A DNA stretch of 64,000 nucleotides from positions 69,440,001 to 69,504,000 of the forward strand of contig OX597814.1 in the NCBI GenBank assembly GCA_951406725.2. Reading direction: 5' to 3'. Position 1 is the first letter of the stretch; the number at the start of each line of letters is the position of its first letter. Positions 1-13,307 of the stretch are shown piece after piece. Below the pieces are notes generated by a model. That model was not told where the DNA came from, did no database searches, and saw only the letters and a program-made list of their open reading frames with translations. The translations under genes and the position numbers were made by a program. Source of the stretch: Octopus vulgaris. Its lineage: Eukaryota.

Positions 1-1183
1 ATCTGCTGTCAATGACCGCTGAACGGAGGCCTTGGAATGCCGTGGTTTCTGTTGCGCAGACATGCGCTCAGGCTGCGGCATCTCAAGCGCTTCCTAGACG
101 GTGAACAGGTGTGGTCGTCTTTTGTCAGACGCGATTTTCCGCAGCTCGTCTCTTTGATGGAGCTGCAGACCTGGATCAAACGTAGACCGAGAAAGGGCGC
201 TTGGCACCTCGAGTGCCGTCAAGCCCTCTCCGCCCTCCGTCAGGTGAGCAATGCGATCGGTTACAGCTCCACTCTAGTGTTCTATAGAGGGTTAGTGGAG
301 GAAAAATACGACGACGTTCTCGGAGAAACTCTAGGCGTTGAAGATGACGAACTGAGCGGTCTGTTCGGGAGGACTTTCGGGCCGGGGCCGATGGATAATT
401 TCCAGAGGTCGCTCGCCTGGCAGTGCTACCGAGGGGCTCTGCCTGTTCGAGATAAACTCTACCGGCACGGAAGTGCCGTCAGCCGGGCCTGCCCGAGGTG
501 TTGCCAGGACGATGAAACCGTTCTGCACGCACTCGTCCAGTGCCCAAGTATTGCTGAAATATGGGTTTATGTAGAACAGCTACTGTCACGTGTAGGACGG
601 ATCCGACTATCGGCCGAATCCATAGTGAAGATTGCCCCGCCAACCTCCTTTAACAAGGAGGGCGAGGCCGTTTTCTTGTGCCTAGTGGCTGTGGCGAAAG
701 AGGTAGTGTGGTGGACTCGTTTGAAAGGGCTAAAGTCAGACACTTTCCTCTTTGGTCAAGGCCTCATCAACTTTTTCAAGTTTCACTTGAAAAGGAAGAT
801 GAGGTTAGAGAGGAAAGTGCTGTCCAATGGCAAGTTTTATGAAAGGTGGGTGAATTGTGCGAGACTGGCCAGTATAAATGGACCAGTTCTCAGATTTCGC
901 CTGTGATTTCAAACAAGTAATACAAAAGGAGAAAAAAGGGACTCTCTACACCCCTTTTTTGACCAGGCTCCCATTGGCTTTTGTAGGGTTTTTTTCACCA
1001 GGAACCTTTCGAAACGTCTCCCCCTTTTGGGAGTTTTTCATTGTTAAATGTTTTAAATGTTATTAAGTTTTTACTCGATGTTTTTCAAAAACGGACAAAA
1101 CCCTTTGTAACCTTTCGTCCTGTATTGTCCCTTCATGTTTCAAATCATGCGTGTCAGCCCTTGTGGCCAATAAAAAAGAATTA

Positions 1184-1234
<51 letters not shown>
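1..1234 (+). mobile_element. 3' end of a Tx1/L1-like non-LTR retrotransposon (ORF2 C-terminus with zf-RVT cysteine motif, 3' UTR, (ATT)n tail)
   Basis: ORF 37..906 follows a GGLGMP motif and contains CPRC..ETVLHALVQCP (CCHC). An in-frame TGA at 13-15 is probably CGA>TGA. AATAAA lies near 1169 and (ATT)n at ~1183-1234. Much more GC-rich than the flanks. Confidence 0.8.
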
Positions 1235-1235
<1 letters not shown>

Positions 1236-2260
1236 CTTGTGCTATTATTAATATTCTTGGTAACCTTGTTTGTGGAATTATATTCAGAACTACTAATAAT
1301 ATGACTGCTTACACCATTATTATTACAAGGTCTTCCAGATCTAGGCATAAAAGTAATTTTTTCCTTGTAATTAGCCCTATCGAGTGCCTCATTAGAGTAC
1401 TGAGAATGTTGCCTAAAGATATTTTCATTGACTGATAGATAAAGAATTCAAGTGGAGACCCTTTTACAATAAAATTTATTGTACTTCTAGAGTGACTAGA
1501 GTAATGTTTTTCTTAAATATTATCATCCAGCTTGTGGCATGGGTAGATAACCCAGAGATAAGGTCCAAGGTGACATTGGAGAAGTTAGCTATATTAAGAT
1601 TATTTTCTACAGTAATACCTAGTTCATAAATGTGAAAAAATGTTCATAATCTCTTCTTAATTCTTTCAATAAATACTTTTAGTGTTAGGAGTTATAAACA
1701 ACACATCACCTTGGTACATACCACCTAAGAGATCAAGGAAACTATACTGTAAGCAGCACAATAAATATATTGTAAATGAGATTTGTGACTTGTACAGAGT
1801 CACCAAATCCAATCATAATACTGAAATTATTAGTCCTGTTTTTTCTCATCCATAATTTCCCATCAAACTCAGTAGCTGAGTGTCTAACATTTCGAAAGAT
1901 ACCAATATCCCTACATGTTAAAGAAGAATTTTTCATTGCAAAACTTAGAACCTTTATAGTAATACTGGAAATGGCTACCAATATTCGACTGTGAGAAACT
2001 GTAGCTAAATTTGCATTGAATATGCACAAACCAACCAATCATATCAGAAGTGTTGAACCACAGGTAAAAACTGAAATTATCAGAAATAGAGGGAATAATA
2101 TAACAGCAAATGGATACTGTGTCAATTCACAACAGCTATTTCCAATGAATTAATAATTGATTAATGGAGATATTATATCATTAGAAAAAAAAAACGTTTT
2201 CATCAGATAAATACATGAATCACAACATTTAGAAACATTCAAAAATTAACAGCATATACA
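1236..2260 (-). mobile_element. Degenerate Penelope-like element (PLE) reverse transcriptase fragment
   Basis: Minus-strand translation gives LWMRKNRTNNFSIMIGFGDSVQVTNLI, GMYQGD (cf. GLYRDD), ITVENNLNIANFSNVTLDL and LSVNENIF..EALDRANYKEKI, collinear with PLE RT motifs, with frameshifts. Confidence 0.75.
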
Positions 2261-2339
2261 CCTTCATGATTCTACAAGACTTGGTGGTGCCTTGCCATTT
2301 AAGTACCTGGTTCACTTGAGCTCTAATCTTTTGTGTGTG

Positions 2340-3666
<1,327 letters not shown>

Positions 3667-3671
3667 TAGAG

Positions 3672-3700
<29 letters not shown>

Positions 3701-3704
<4 letters not shown>

Positions 3705-4208
3705 AGAATTTTTTGCATAATGAGATAAAAAAACCAAGGCTGTGTAGATAGAACATTTATAGATAGGTCTTACAGCTGTTTCCAGGGTATTTATTACTTC
3801 ACCGGAGACAGTGTGAGAAGATTGTTAAGTAATAGTTAGTTTAGATAGGATACAAAATAAAGAGTGAGGTTGAGGAAAGTAAACAGATATAAGATATGTA
3901 GAGATATTGAAGTTGTAGATCCATTTTTCAGGCAGAATGGTATATATGTAAGATATAATTAATAAATATCCTGGAAAAAGCTGTAAGACCTTCTATCTAT
4001 AAATGTTCTAATATCTACACAGCCTTGGTTTTTTATCTCATTATGCAAAAAATTCTTATATACACACGCTGACATGTGACCAACATTGAACCCATTATTC
4101 GCAAAATTACTGAACCTGGAACATAACTATGGTCTGTCTATAGCACTTATTCAGCATTAACTAACACCTTTGGGTTTCAATGACGCCATTACCTCTTATA
4201 ACGTCAAG
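3701..4208. mobile_element. Small fold-back element between (TA)n tracts, probably PLE-derived
   Basis: Inverted arms 3701-3796 / 3960-4060, a ~160 nt spacer, a ~150 nt tail and then (TA)n. Confidence 0.7.
3767..3809 (-). ncRNA. Degenerate type I hammerhead ribozyme-like motif
   Basis: Minus strand GTCT-CCGGTGA-(16 nt)-GAAA-CAGCTG-TA-AGAC. Stem I GTCT/AGAC and palindromic stem III are present; there are two core transitions versus CUGAUGA and stem II is weak. Confidence 0.5.
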
Positions 4209-4226
4209 ATATATATATATATATAC

Positions 4227-4458
4227 TTTATTTTTAAAAGCAGCAGAAATATAACAAAAGTTGTTACTCAGAGTTTCACATTCCTGTTTGTCGGACAGTT
4301 TTTTTTTTAACAAAACTGTCCGACGAACGGGAATGTGAAACTCTGAGTAACAGCTTTTGTTATATTTCTGCTGCTTTTAAATAAATCATATTACTCTACC
4401 TCTGGTATTTGAGTACTCTTTTTTCCCACCTTGTTTCATATATATGTGCTTACTCCAG
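4227..4458. mobile_element. Small fold-back element with head-to-head hammerhead motifs, between (TA)n tracts
   Basis: Arms 4227-4302 / 4312-4385, then a tail (TACTCTACCTCTGGTA..CCACCTTGTTTCA..TGTGCTTACT) shared with the copy at 47654-47856. Confidence 0.75.
4312..4358 (+). ncRNA. Minimal type I hammerhead ribozyme-like motif (U4C variant)
   Basis: AAAACTGT-CCGACGA-ACGGGAATGT-GAAA-CTCTGAG-TA-ACAGCTTTT; predicted cleavage after 4349. Confidence 0.65.
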
Positions 4459-4489
<31 letters not shown>

Positions 4490-4808
4490 TTCCAAGAGAG
4501 TTAGAGGTCGTGAATTCAATCAACTAAGGGATAATATCTATCCAATATACTTCTGGTAGAAAACCCAATTATTAATACTCAAGTGTTTTTTCATTGCATG
4601 GTAATTACACTACTGAATGTAATAAATGGGTGAGGGTACAAAATTTTTTTCCCTTAATTTATACAGCAATAAGAAAATGGAGGGGATCAAGAGGTGGTAT
4701 TTATCAACTTTTGGACAGTATATTATGTCTATTTATTTATTTTTTTAAATACCACTTATAACAATATACATACATGTATAACATATTATGCTTTACATAT
4801 ATAATATA

Positions 4809-6778
4809 CTAGCAGTATAGCCCAGCTTTACTTGGGATTAAGTTAGGATTATTAAGCTAATCAAGCTCTTTATTTCAAAGCAGACTAAGTAACATCGACG
4901 TCAAATTTGAGTGAAATCTGTTGAAATTGGCAAACTTTTGGCTGAAATTTTGCAGAAAATTTGATTGGGAAATCCCATAAGGAATCAGTTTATCGATTTT
5001 TTCCACTCATCGATTGTTTTTTTTTTTCGTTTTTGGGGAACTTAAAGCATTCAAAGATCCTATGAATCCTAAGTAATGCTGGCATCAAGTTTGAACAAAA
5101 TACATCAAAATTCGTAGACGTTATTGTTGAAAATGGGGTGTAACCAATTTTAGTGGAAAGTCCTATAAGGAATCGGTTTATCGACTTTTTTGTCCTGATT
5201 AAATGGAAAACCCCATAAGGAATCAGTTTATTGATTTTTCACCCCAAATAGGACTTAACCAAACATTGCTGATTCAAAAACATCTATATTTATACTTTAA
5301 AGTTGGTTTTCATACCCAACCCGGTTCTGCAGAATCAGTGTCGCGATGGAAGTGCATGGGTTGGGAGTTTGATTGGCAGAGGTGATCAGGTTGCATATGC
5401 CAACCCTTTTGGAAACACCACCCCCATCATGTAACCCCACTTTGCCCATGGGTTGAGAACCCTTCCAACAAGGAAAATAGAACGTCCAAAATGGCCCCCG
5501 ATCCTCTGTGTTAGAAGCGGTTATGCTCAGATCACAACTAAGTATATATATGGGCAACACACACACACACACACAAACATATACGTACATACACCTATTG
5601 CATACATGTTTTTGCATTCCTTTACCCCAGCCACTGTCCCACCACCACCTCCTACCCAAGTAATACCATCAATTGAAGCAAATTTGGCACCCAGAAGTAA
5701 GTTTTGTAACAAGAATAGAGACGCCTACCTTCCCCCGCAGAGATGTGAGAATCATATCTCTCCTTTTGAAAGCATGAACAGTTTCGAAATTTTGTTTACA
5801 AAATAATAGCTGATGATTTGCAAAGGAGTGTGTCTACAGTCAACACATAGGTCTTTTGCTCTGGTAACCTCTGCTCTCTCCCATGTTCACATATAAGGGG
5901 TAAAGACCCCCTTCGGTCATGAGTGACCATGGGATTGCACCTAGAAAGTTACCGTCCTAGACACAAGTCCGGGCAAGGTTGTTTATGGAAGATCAGCAGT
6001 CGCCCATGCATACCAGCCTCCCCTCTCCATGCCACCAGTGGTTTCCAAGGGAAAGACAAAGGTCGATACAGCTTGGCACCAGTGACGTCGCAACTCATTT
6101 CTACAGCTGAGTGAACTGGAGCAACGTGAAATAAAGTGCCTTGCTCAAGAACACAACACGCAGCCCGGAATATATATGTTCACATATAACCAGCTATATG
6201 TCACTATGAGTAGAGCAACGGATTCAGCTAATTTGGAAATTAGTTGTGGAGAAACGGAGAATATCGTTTATATTGTGTATATATACGGGCAACACACACA
6301 TTGCATACATGTGTTTTGTATGCATACATGCTCATGTGTATGCGTGTGTGACTGAAGCCATTCACACATACATACATACATACATACATACATAACAATA
6401 CCTGTCTGTCTGTTTTTGCCTGTCAATCACTCAGTAAAAAGACAAAATTTTAAAATCTGTTATCTCTCTCTCTCTCTCTCATTCTCTCTCCCTCTCCCCC
6501 CTCTCTTTGCACCGTCACTAGGAGGGGACTTAACTCATGTTTGGTTTGTAAACAATGGTGAATTTCTCCACTTTAAAAATTGTCTAAAGTTATGGCTCAA
6601 AATTATTTACCGCTATTCGCGGGTGCCTCGGGGGAATATAATTTGACGAAAATACACCTAGGATCATGACGAATGTCCTCCTAAAATTTGAGTGACATGC
6701 GTGCTAATTTGTGGATGTGCATAAACTACATTCATGTACACAAACACACACACACATCCTGCCTTATATATACACAGA
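4809..6778 (-). mobile_element. Non-autonomous Helitron
   Basis: The minus strand begins TC at 6778 (TCTGTGTATATATAAGGCAGGATG) and ends with hairpin CCCAAGTAAAGCTGGG + CTATACTG-CTAG|T at 4809. Termini match the copy at 7729-8930. Confidence 0.7.
5896..6170 (-). mobile_element. SINE-like insertion within the Helitron
   Basis: Minus strand GTTGTGTTCTTGAGCAAGGCACTTTATTTCACGTTGCTCCAGTTCACTCAGCTG resembles the post-B-box core of tRNA-derived SINEs. Confidence 0.55.
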
Positions 6779-6831
6779 TAAAAATACCAGTAATTATTAA
6801 AATATAAAACATAGAGCATAGAAAGTAGGAT

Positions 6832-6959
6832 AGTCTCTTACAGCTGTTTCAGTCAAGAAACCTTAGTATCCTACTGTACTTCCATCCCTTCAGTGAACTT
6901 AAGTATTTGGTAGATAAGATTAAGGTACTTGAGTGTATCTCTGGGCTTCGTCAGAGACT
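6832..6959 (-). ncRNA. Type I hammerhead ribozyme-like motif with long stem II insert
   Basis: Minus strand AGTCT-CTGACGA-(~97 nt)-GAAA-CAGCTG-TA-AGAGACT; intact core boxes and palindromic stem III. Confidence 0.6.
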
Positions 6960-7258
6960 TTAGAAAGTTCTTAAGGTTAAGTTATAAATACATACATATA
7001 GACACACTTTCTTACTTATACATACATATACACAAATATACATAAACACATATATAATATGTATATGTATATGCATACAAAGGAATTATTATTATTAGGT
7101 GTATTATATTATTCTTATTAGATAAAGTATAAACAGAGGAAGAAGAAAGTTATCAAAAAGAGAAATAATAGTGGAATTTAAAAGAGCAATATATCTTAAG
7201 ATTATTATAGTTATCTAGGAATGAAAAGGTATATGAGGAATACATATATATATATACA

Positions 7259-7361
<103 letters not shown>

Positions 7362-7728
7362 CGTACAAACATACGCATAGGTACATACATATTACGTGTG
7401 TTGAGAAGGGAGGATTATTGCAGTAGTTCATATTTTTCTTTTACCTAATTATAAAATTTATACACAAACATATATATATATCTTCATATAAACATGCGAT
7501 ATGTTTTCTATTGAGGTCTTTAGACAAAGGTCCACAATAACTGGGTTAGAGTTTATATTAATACTTGTGATGTTAGTTGGTACTAAAAGTAATAAATATC
7601 TCTACATATCTTATATCTGTTTACTTTCCTCAACCTCACTCTTTATTTTGTATCCTATCTAAACTAACTTATTATTTTCTGTTATTTTTAGTTTATCGAG
7701 TTCTTATTGCTGTGTGTATATATATATA

Positions 7729-8929
7729 TCTGTATCTATAAAAGGCAGGATGTGTGTGTGTGTGTGTGTATACGTGAATGTAATTTATGCACATCCACAA
7801 ATTAGCACACATAAGTTTTGTCAACTTATTTTTTTCCTGAAGCACCCACGGACAGTGGTAAAAATCTATTTTCAACCATAGCTTTTACCAATTTTGAAAG
7901 TTGCTAACATGAGTTAAGTCCCTTCTAGCTATAGCTAAGCAAAAGTGTGTGTGTGAGGGAGAGAGAAAAGTTGTGTGTTGATGTATGTGTGTGTGAAGGA
8001 GAGAGAGAATGTTTCACAACGTCTAACAAAAAAAGTAAAGAAAAAGTATGTGTAAGGGAGAGTGGGAGAGAGTTTGACAGTGTCTAACAAAAAAAAAACC
8101 AAGGTAAAGAAAAGTGGGAGAGAGGCAGAGCATCTAACAAAAAAAAAGGTAAAGACAAAGTGAGAGAGAAAGAGAGACAGTGGGAGAGTAAGTGACAGCG
8201 TTCATAAAAAATAAAATGTAAAATGTTTTGTTTTTCTTAAACATGAGGTATAGTCTTCAAATTTAGGATGTTTTTGAAAGACACTATATCTTATTATCAG
8301 ATTATATATACTTTCTCACACAACAGTTAAAATATATTTATTTTAAATCATTTATTTATATTAAATTGTTCATCTTTCTCACCCCTCTCTCTCACACACA
8401 TACATTACTTTGGGCGTGAAAGAGTTTTGTTTTTATTTTACGCCGAGGAAAAAATGTTTTGTTGAGAATCCAGAAACAAAGAGGTAGGTAACAATTTGTC
8501 AGTGAATTACACAATATAAATGGTTACAATTTCTGAGGGTTCCACCACACCCCACTCTGTTTTTCAGACCACAAAAAAGGGTTTTGTAGCATATTAGGAG
8601 GCCAGAGTAGTTGATTCCATGCAAAAAACCCCGATTTTTTTCTTAGTGAAAATCGTGCAAGTGTTAATCTACAAATTTAGCAACATTTTTCCATTCATTT
8701 CTGTTTATGAATTTGTATACATGCACAAAACATATATGCAATAGGTGTACATACGTACGTGTGTGTATGTGTGTGTGTGTGTGTGTGCGCGTGTGTTGCC
8801 CATATAAACCAATTTCAATGGATTTCACCCAAATTTGACATCGATATTACTTAGTTTGGTTTGAAATAAAGAATTTGATTAGCTTAATAACCGTAACCTA
8901 ATCCCAGGCAAAGCTGGGTTATACTGCTA

Positions 8930-8930
<1 letters not shown>
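7729..8930 (+). mobile_element. Non-autonomous Helitron (same family as 4809-6778, opposite orientation)
   Basis: 5' TCTGTATCTATAAAAGGCAGGATG; 3' hairpin CCCAGGCAAAGCTGGG then TTATACTG-CTAG|T. Confidence 0.7.
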
Positions 8931-8970
<40 letters not shown>

Positions 8971-8973
<3 letters not shown>

Positions 8974-9310
8974 AAATAAGCAACAAGAATAACTTCGGTA
9001 ATTTGGTACGACATCTTTGTCTATATATCTACTTTCTCTATAATGTTATCAATTGATATGAAAATGATGTATTAATGGAAAACCTCTATTAATGGCTGAT
9101 TATTGCTCAACATTTTAAAACTGTTGTAATACTTACAACATTTAATAAAATGATGTAGTACGAAATGATCGTACCAAATCATCAGAGTCATTCTTGTTGC
9201 TTATTTTGATTATAATCACCCCATGGATTTATATGGATAACACCATACAAAATTCTGGTGCATCTAACTTAAGTACCATATTCATTTGAATCTAAAATTT
9301 GCTGAACTTA
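8971..9310 (+). mobile_element. Small fold-back element between (TA)n tracts containing a hammerhead-like motif
   Basis: Arms 8971-9011 / 9169-9210, a ~100 nt tail, then TA-rich sequence. Confidence 0.65.
9093..9176 (+). ncRNA. Degenerate type I hammerhead ribozyme-like motif
   Basis: TGG-CTGATTA-(long imperfect stem II)-GAAA-TGATCG-TA-CCA; G8>T substitution, stem III near-palindromic (CGATCG-like). Confidence 0.55.
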
Positions 9311-9648
9311 TATGTATATATATAGACACAACACACACACACACATATATATAGGTAGGTAAATGGATATGTAGGTAAACAGATTGGTAAGTAGAAGTTT
9401 CTATACTGTTATCAGCTACCATATACAATCATACAGCAGGTTATACATTGAGCTGGATAAACATGGAACTGTGTATAGAATTTACATAAAAATGTATGCA
9501 AGAAGATGGAATAAACAGGCTTTAAATACAAATTACAACATTTGTTTTTGTGCATTGGCAACAGCTGCAAGTTGCTGAATCTGTATAAGTACTGGTTTTT
9601 CACATTACATTTAAATACTATTCCTGTGTAAACAGTCATTCTTTAGAG

Positions 9649-10138
9649 CAGTGCTTCTCAAACTATCTGATGTGGTGTACTGGCATTTTTTCCCCTAATG
9701 TGCCAGGGACTGGTAATATTTCTTAGTAATACTGGAAACAATATATATAATTACGGAGATGTACTTGCATCGTGTGCTGGATCGAAAACAATTGCAGCAT
9801 GGAAGGTGTTTGCAAGCCATTTAAGAAACACACAAAAGCCATTCGATTCACTTCAACATTTAAGTTTAATTTGTCAAAATATTTTCGTCGCTATAAGACC
9901 GCGACCTGTTCACTGACAAAAATCCGTGCTGCATCTCATATATATAATAAATATATATAATAAATATATTAAAAGTTGACATTTTTTTTATATCTTATAT
10001 TTATTTTGTAAACAAATAATACAATATTACATAAGCATTTTATAATGTTTCTTTCTTTTCTGGAAACTTGCTGTGTACCAGTAGCTAATGGCTTGTGGAC
10101 CAGCAACGGTCCATGGACCATCACTTTGAATAGCACTG
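9649..10138. mobile_element. hAT (Charlie-like) MITE
   Basis: TIRs CAGTGCTTCTCAAA / TTTGAATAGCACTG; 8-bp TSD CTTTAGAG (9641-9648) / CTCTAGAG (10139-10146). Confidence 0.8.
9870..9920 (-). ncRNA. Minimal type I hammerhead-like motif with G3-C8 compensatory core
   Basis: Minus strand TTTGTCA-GTGAACA-G-GTCGC-GGTCTTATA-GCGAC-GAAA-ATAT-TT-TGACAAA: 7-bp stem I, 5-bp stem II, palindromic AATATT stem III. Confidence 0.65.
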
Positions 10139-10199
10139 CTCTAGAGGACTTGCATTCTTGTCCCTACAGTCACACCCTTTTATATTATTATTTGCAACC

Positions 10200-10900
10200 T
10201 CATTGTATTCTTTTCCCTACCTTCTTAATGTGTTTGTAAGTGCTGTTATTACTATTCCTACCTCAATTATTCACAATACCTGTGCTAATATTGATATCCA
10301 TATTAAGACTTTCCAGACAGGTTTAACTAAGCTACCCCACCCCAGCTTGACTGTATTCTCCACTCCATAGACCTAGACTATTATGGACGATATCTTCATA
10401 ATCTAGTTTTACCATGTTTAGCTTTCTATTATTTAGCATGCGGATATGGTATTCTAGGTTATATGATGTCACATATGATAATTTCATCATATGCCTGTTA
10501 AAAATCTCATAATGCCTACTAGATTTAGGAAAGTGTCTATATAATGTAGAGAAAATTTCACAAGTAATTTTGGATGCAACATGTAATCCAAATACTGGAT
10601 TAAACCATAATGTCGCCTTTATCTAATTTAGTATTAAGTTTAGTGTAATGAATCTTGTTCTTTGTAGAATTATTTCAATTTAAATTAAAGGCAGTAAATT
10701 TGTACCTATTTCCCACACCTTCCTTCTATCTTTATTATTATTATTTTTTTAAAATTTTATCTGACTATTACTTTCAGATTGGTACTTTAGGTTTTTATCC
10801 TTCCATAATGTTATCCTGACAATTCGCTTCATCTTTTTTGTTCATTAGTATACCTATTTTGCCAACTTTTCTCATTTATTTTATATCTATTTTTATATTT
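10200..10900 (-). mobile_element. Degenerate PLE fragment (RT-endonuclease linker)
   Basis: Minus strand TLWFNPVFGLHVASKI..RHFPKSSRHYEIFNRHMMKLSY matches the PLE IWFNPP..KHFP..IFNRNTVKVSY pattern. Confidence 0.65.
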
Positions 10901-11039
10901 ATTAGTTATCTTATTGTCAGGTGGGTATTTAATTTTGTCTTTATATCCAGAACTGGCCAGTGCCACGTTGTAATACCCTGTCTGTGAATTAAATTTTTTT
11001 TTTGATTCACCAACAACTTGGAAATCTTATTTGATGCAC

Positions 11040-12398
11040 TTTTCATAATACTTTGATGAGTATCCATCTTTCAGCTCTGTATAGAAGAACAGACTCCACT
11101 GTTGCCAGAAACAACCTCACTTTCAATTTCCTTGCTAACTTTGAACTCCATACCTCTCTCAATTTATGGCATGCACTCCAGCCAAGAACTTTCCTTGCTA
11201 CAATGTCTTTTTCAGTACTTTGAATCCACGCACCAAGGTATTTGAAATTTTCAACTACCTTGAGCAACTTACCGTCTCTCACTTTCACTGACACAAGCAT
11301 TTTGTAGTTAAATACTTGCAGCTCTGTTTTCTTTGCATTACAGTACAATCCTACCTTCCCCGATTCCTGCTCTAATCTGCTCAACACCTCCTGAACCTGA
11401 TCTGTCCTCTCTGTTAGTAATACCAGATCATCAGCACAGTCTAGGTCAGTAACTGTTACTGTTTGATGCCATCTACTTCTTTGCCTATGCAGTTTGAATC
11501 CCAGTTCTTCTTCCTTGCCTTCATACATTCTACACAGTACATAATCCAGAATGATGGTGAAGAGATAAGGTGCTAGCGTGTCACCTTGTAATACTCTGGC
11601 TTTGACTTCGAAGTATTCTGTCTCTCCTTCAGGAGTGATCACTTTTGCTTTGATGGTGTTCTCATACAGTTTACTTATTGCTCTCAGAATTCATGGTGGA
11701 ATATCATATGCTTTAAGTATCTTCATCATCATTCCTCTATGTATTAAATCAAAAGCCTTTTTAAAGTCTACATAGATAATGATAGCCTTTCTGTTAGGGC
11801 TCTTAACTCCCTCTATCAGAAGTGAGATGTTGTTGACCGTCCTGATCTGAATCCATTTTGAGTTGGTCACAATTGTTTGTCTATCTTAAGTTGTATTCGG
11901 TTAAGTATCATATTGCTGGCCAATTTTGCAACAGTGGATGACAGACTGATCCCTCGACAATTCCCAGTTTTGGGCAGCAGTAGCAAGTCTATATCAGACC
12001 AGTGTTCTGGCTTCACATTATCATTTAGTAGTTTGTTTGCAAATTCAAGGATGATGTCATCTAAATCACATCTTATTTGAGGATGCTTAGAATGGCACTC
12101 GAAGTCTCCTGAAAGAGTCATACAACAAACACCAACTTATACCAGGGACTACTAAAAATGACATTGAAGATATAGCATACAAGGATGAGGTGAGCTGGAC
12201 ACTGCAGCAGACATACCAATGAAATTGTTAACAAGTTAGTGCTCTGGCAACCAACATAAGGAAGAACCAGGAAAGGAAGGAGGAAGTCCCCAAGACTCTT
12301 TCTAACATTTTCCCCACTTATCTTGATCTTCCATAATGGTCCTCGGCTCCTGTACCCCTTCCACACCAGTATCCTCCAGCAAGTTGTTGATGATAACC
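11040..12398. mobile_element. Rearranged degenerate RTE-like LINE (RT on minus, C-terminal part on plus, extreme C-terminus on minus)
   Basis: VLQGDTLAPYLF, CADDL and FKYLG on minus (11043..11642); RMLRMAL..AGHCSRH..LVLWQP on plus (~12075-12287); INNLLEDTG..TIMEDQDKW on minus (12288-12398). Confidence 0.7.
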
Positions 12399-12400
12399 GG

Positions 12401-13307
12401 TTTTCAAATTTTGAATTTTGGATAAAATTCTGAATTAGACATTTTGTTTGCTAGTGGGGTAGTTTGCAGTAAAGGGGAGGTAAATCTGTAATTTTTAATA
12501 TTGGTCTACATTTGATTCTTACAATAGTTCGGGTAAATCTTTAATTGTCAATAAGGTTTTATATTTAATTCTAGCTTAAATGAGGCCTCTTTATTTAGTT
12601 GAGGTCCAAATAGCAAATTGATATAATGGGAAGATTAGGAATTGTGGTTGCAGTTGTTCTGCACATCTGTCAATGTGTTCACTGAGATATATCTGGTGAT
12701 ATTGTGGGCTTTTGTGAATTTTTGGTAGACCATAGAATAGGTTGGGTTTACATTAAAAGTTTGTTAAATAGTCTATTTCCTTTTTCGTTAGGTCTTTTCC
12801 ATTTGTGGGTGGTGGGTGTAATCATTGATTTTACTATAGTAGGGTCGACAGGAATGATTACACCCACCACCCACAAATGGAAAAGACCTAACGAAAAAAG
12901 AAATAGTCTATTTAACAAACTTTTAATGTAAACCCAACCTATTCTATGGTCTACCAAAAATTCACAAAAGCCCACAATATCACCAGATATATCTCAGTGA
13001 ACACATTAACAGATGTGCAGAACAACTGCAACCACAATTCTCAATCTTCCCATTAAATCAATTTGCTATTTGAACCTCAACACAAGTACAACTAAATAAA
13101 GAGGCCTCATTTAAGCTGGAATTAAATATGAACCCATGCTGAAAATTAAAGATTTACCCCAACTATTGTAAGAATCAAATGTAAACCAATATTAAAAATT
13201 ACAGATTTACCTCTCCTTTGCTGCAAACTACCTTGGTTACTAGTTATCCCCTCCTAGCACACAAAATGTCTAATTCAGAATTTTATCCAAAACTCAAAAT
13301 TTGAAAA
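12401..13307. repeat. ~0.9 kb near-perfect palindrome of PLE RT-derived sequence
   Basis: Arms 12401-12826 / 12853-13307 with a 26-nt spacer. Mirror ORFs appear in the track. The right arm translates to DLTKKEIVYLTNF*CKPNLFYGLPKIHKS. Confidence 0.9.

Noticed and set aside
12704-12975. Two near-identical 75-aa ORFs on opposite strands
   Set aside because: A by-product of the palindrome, not genes.
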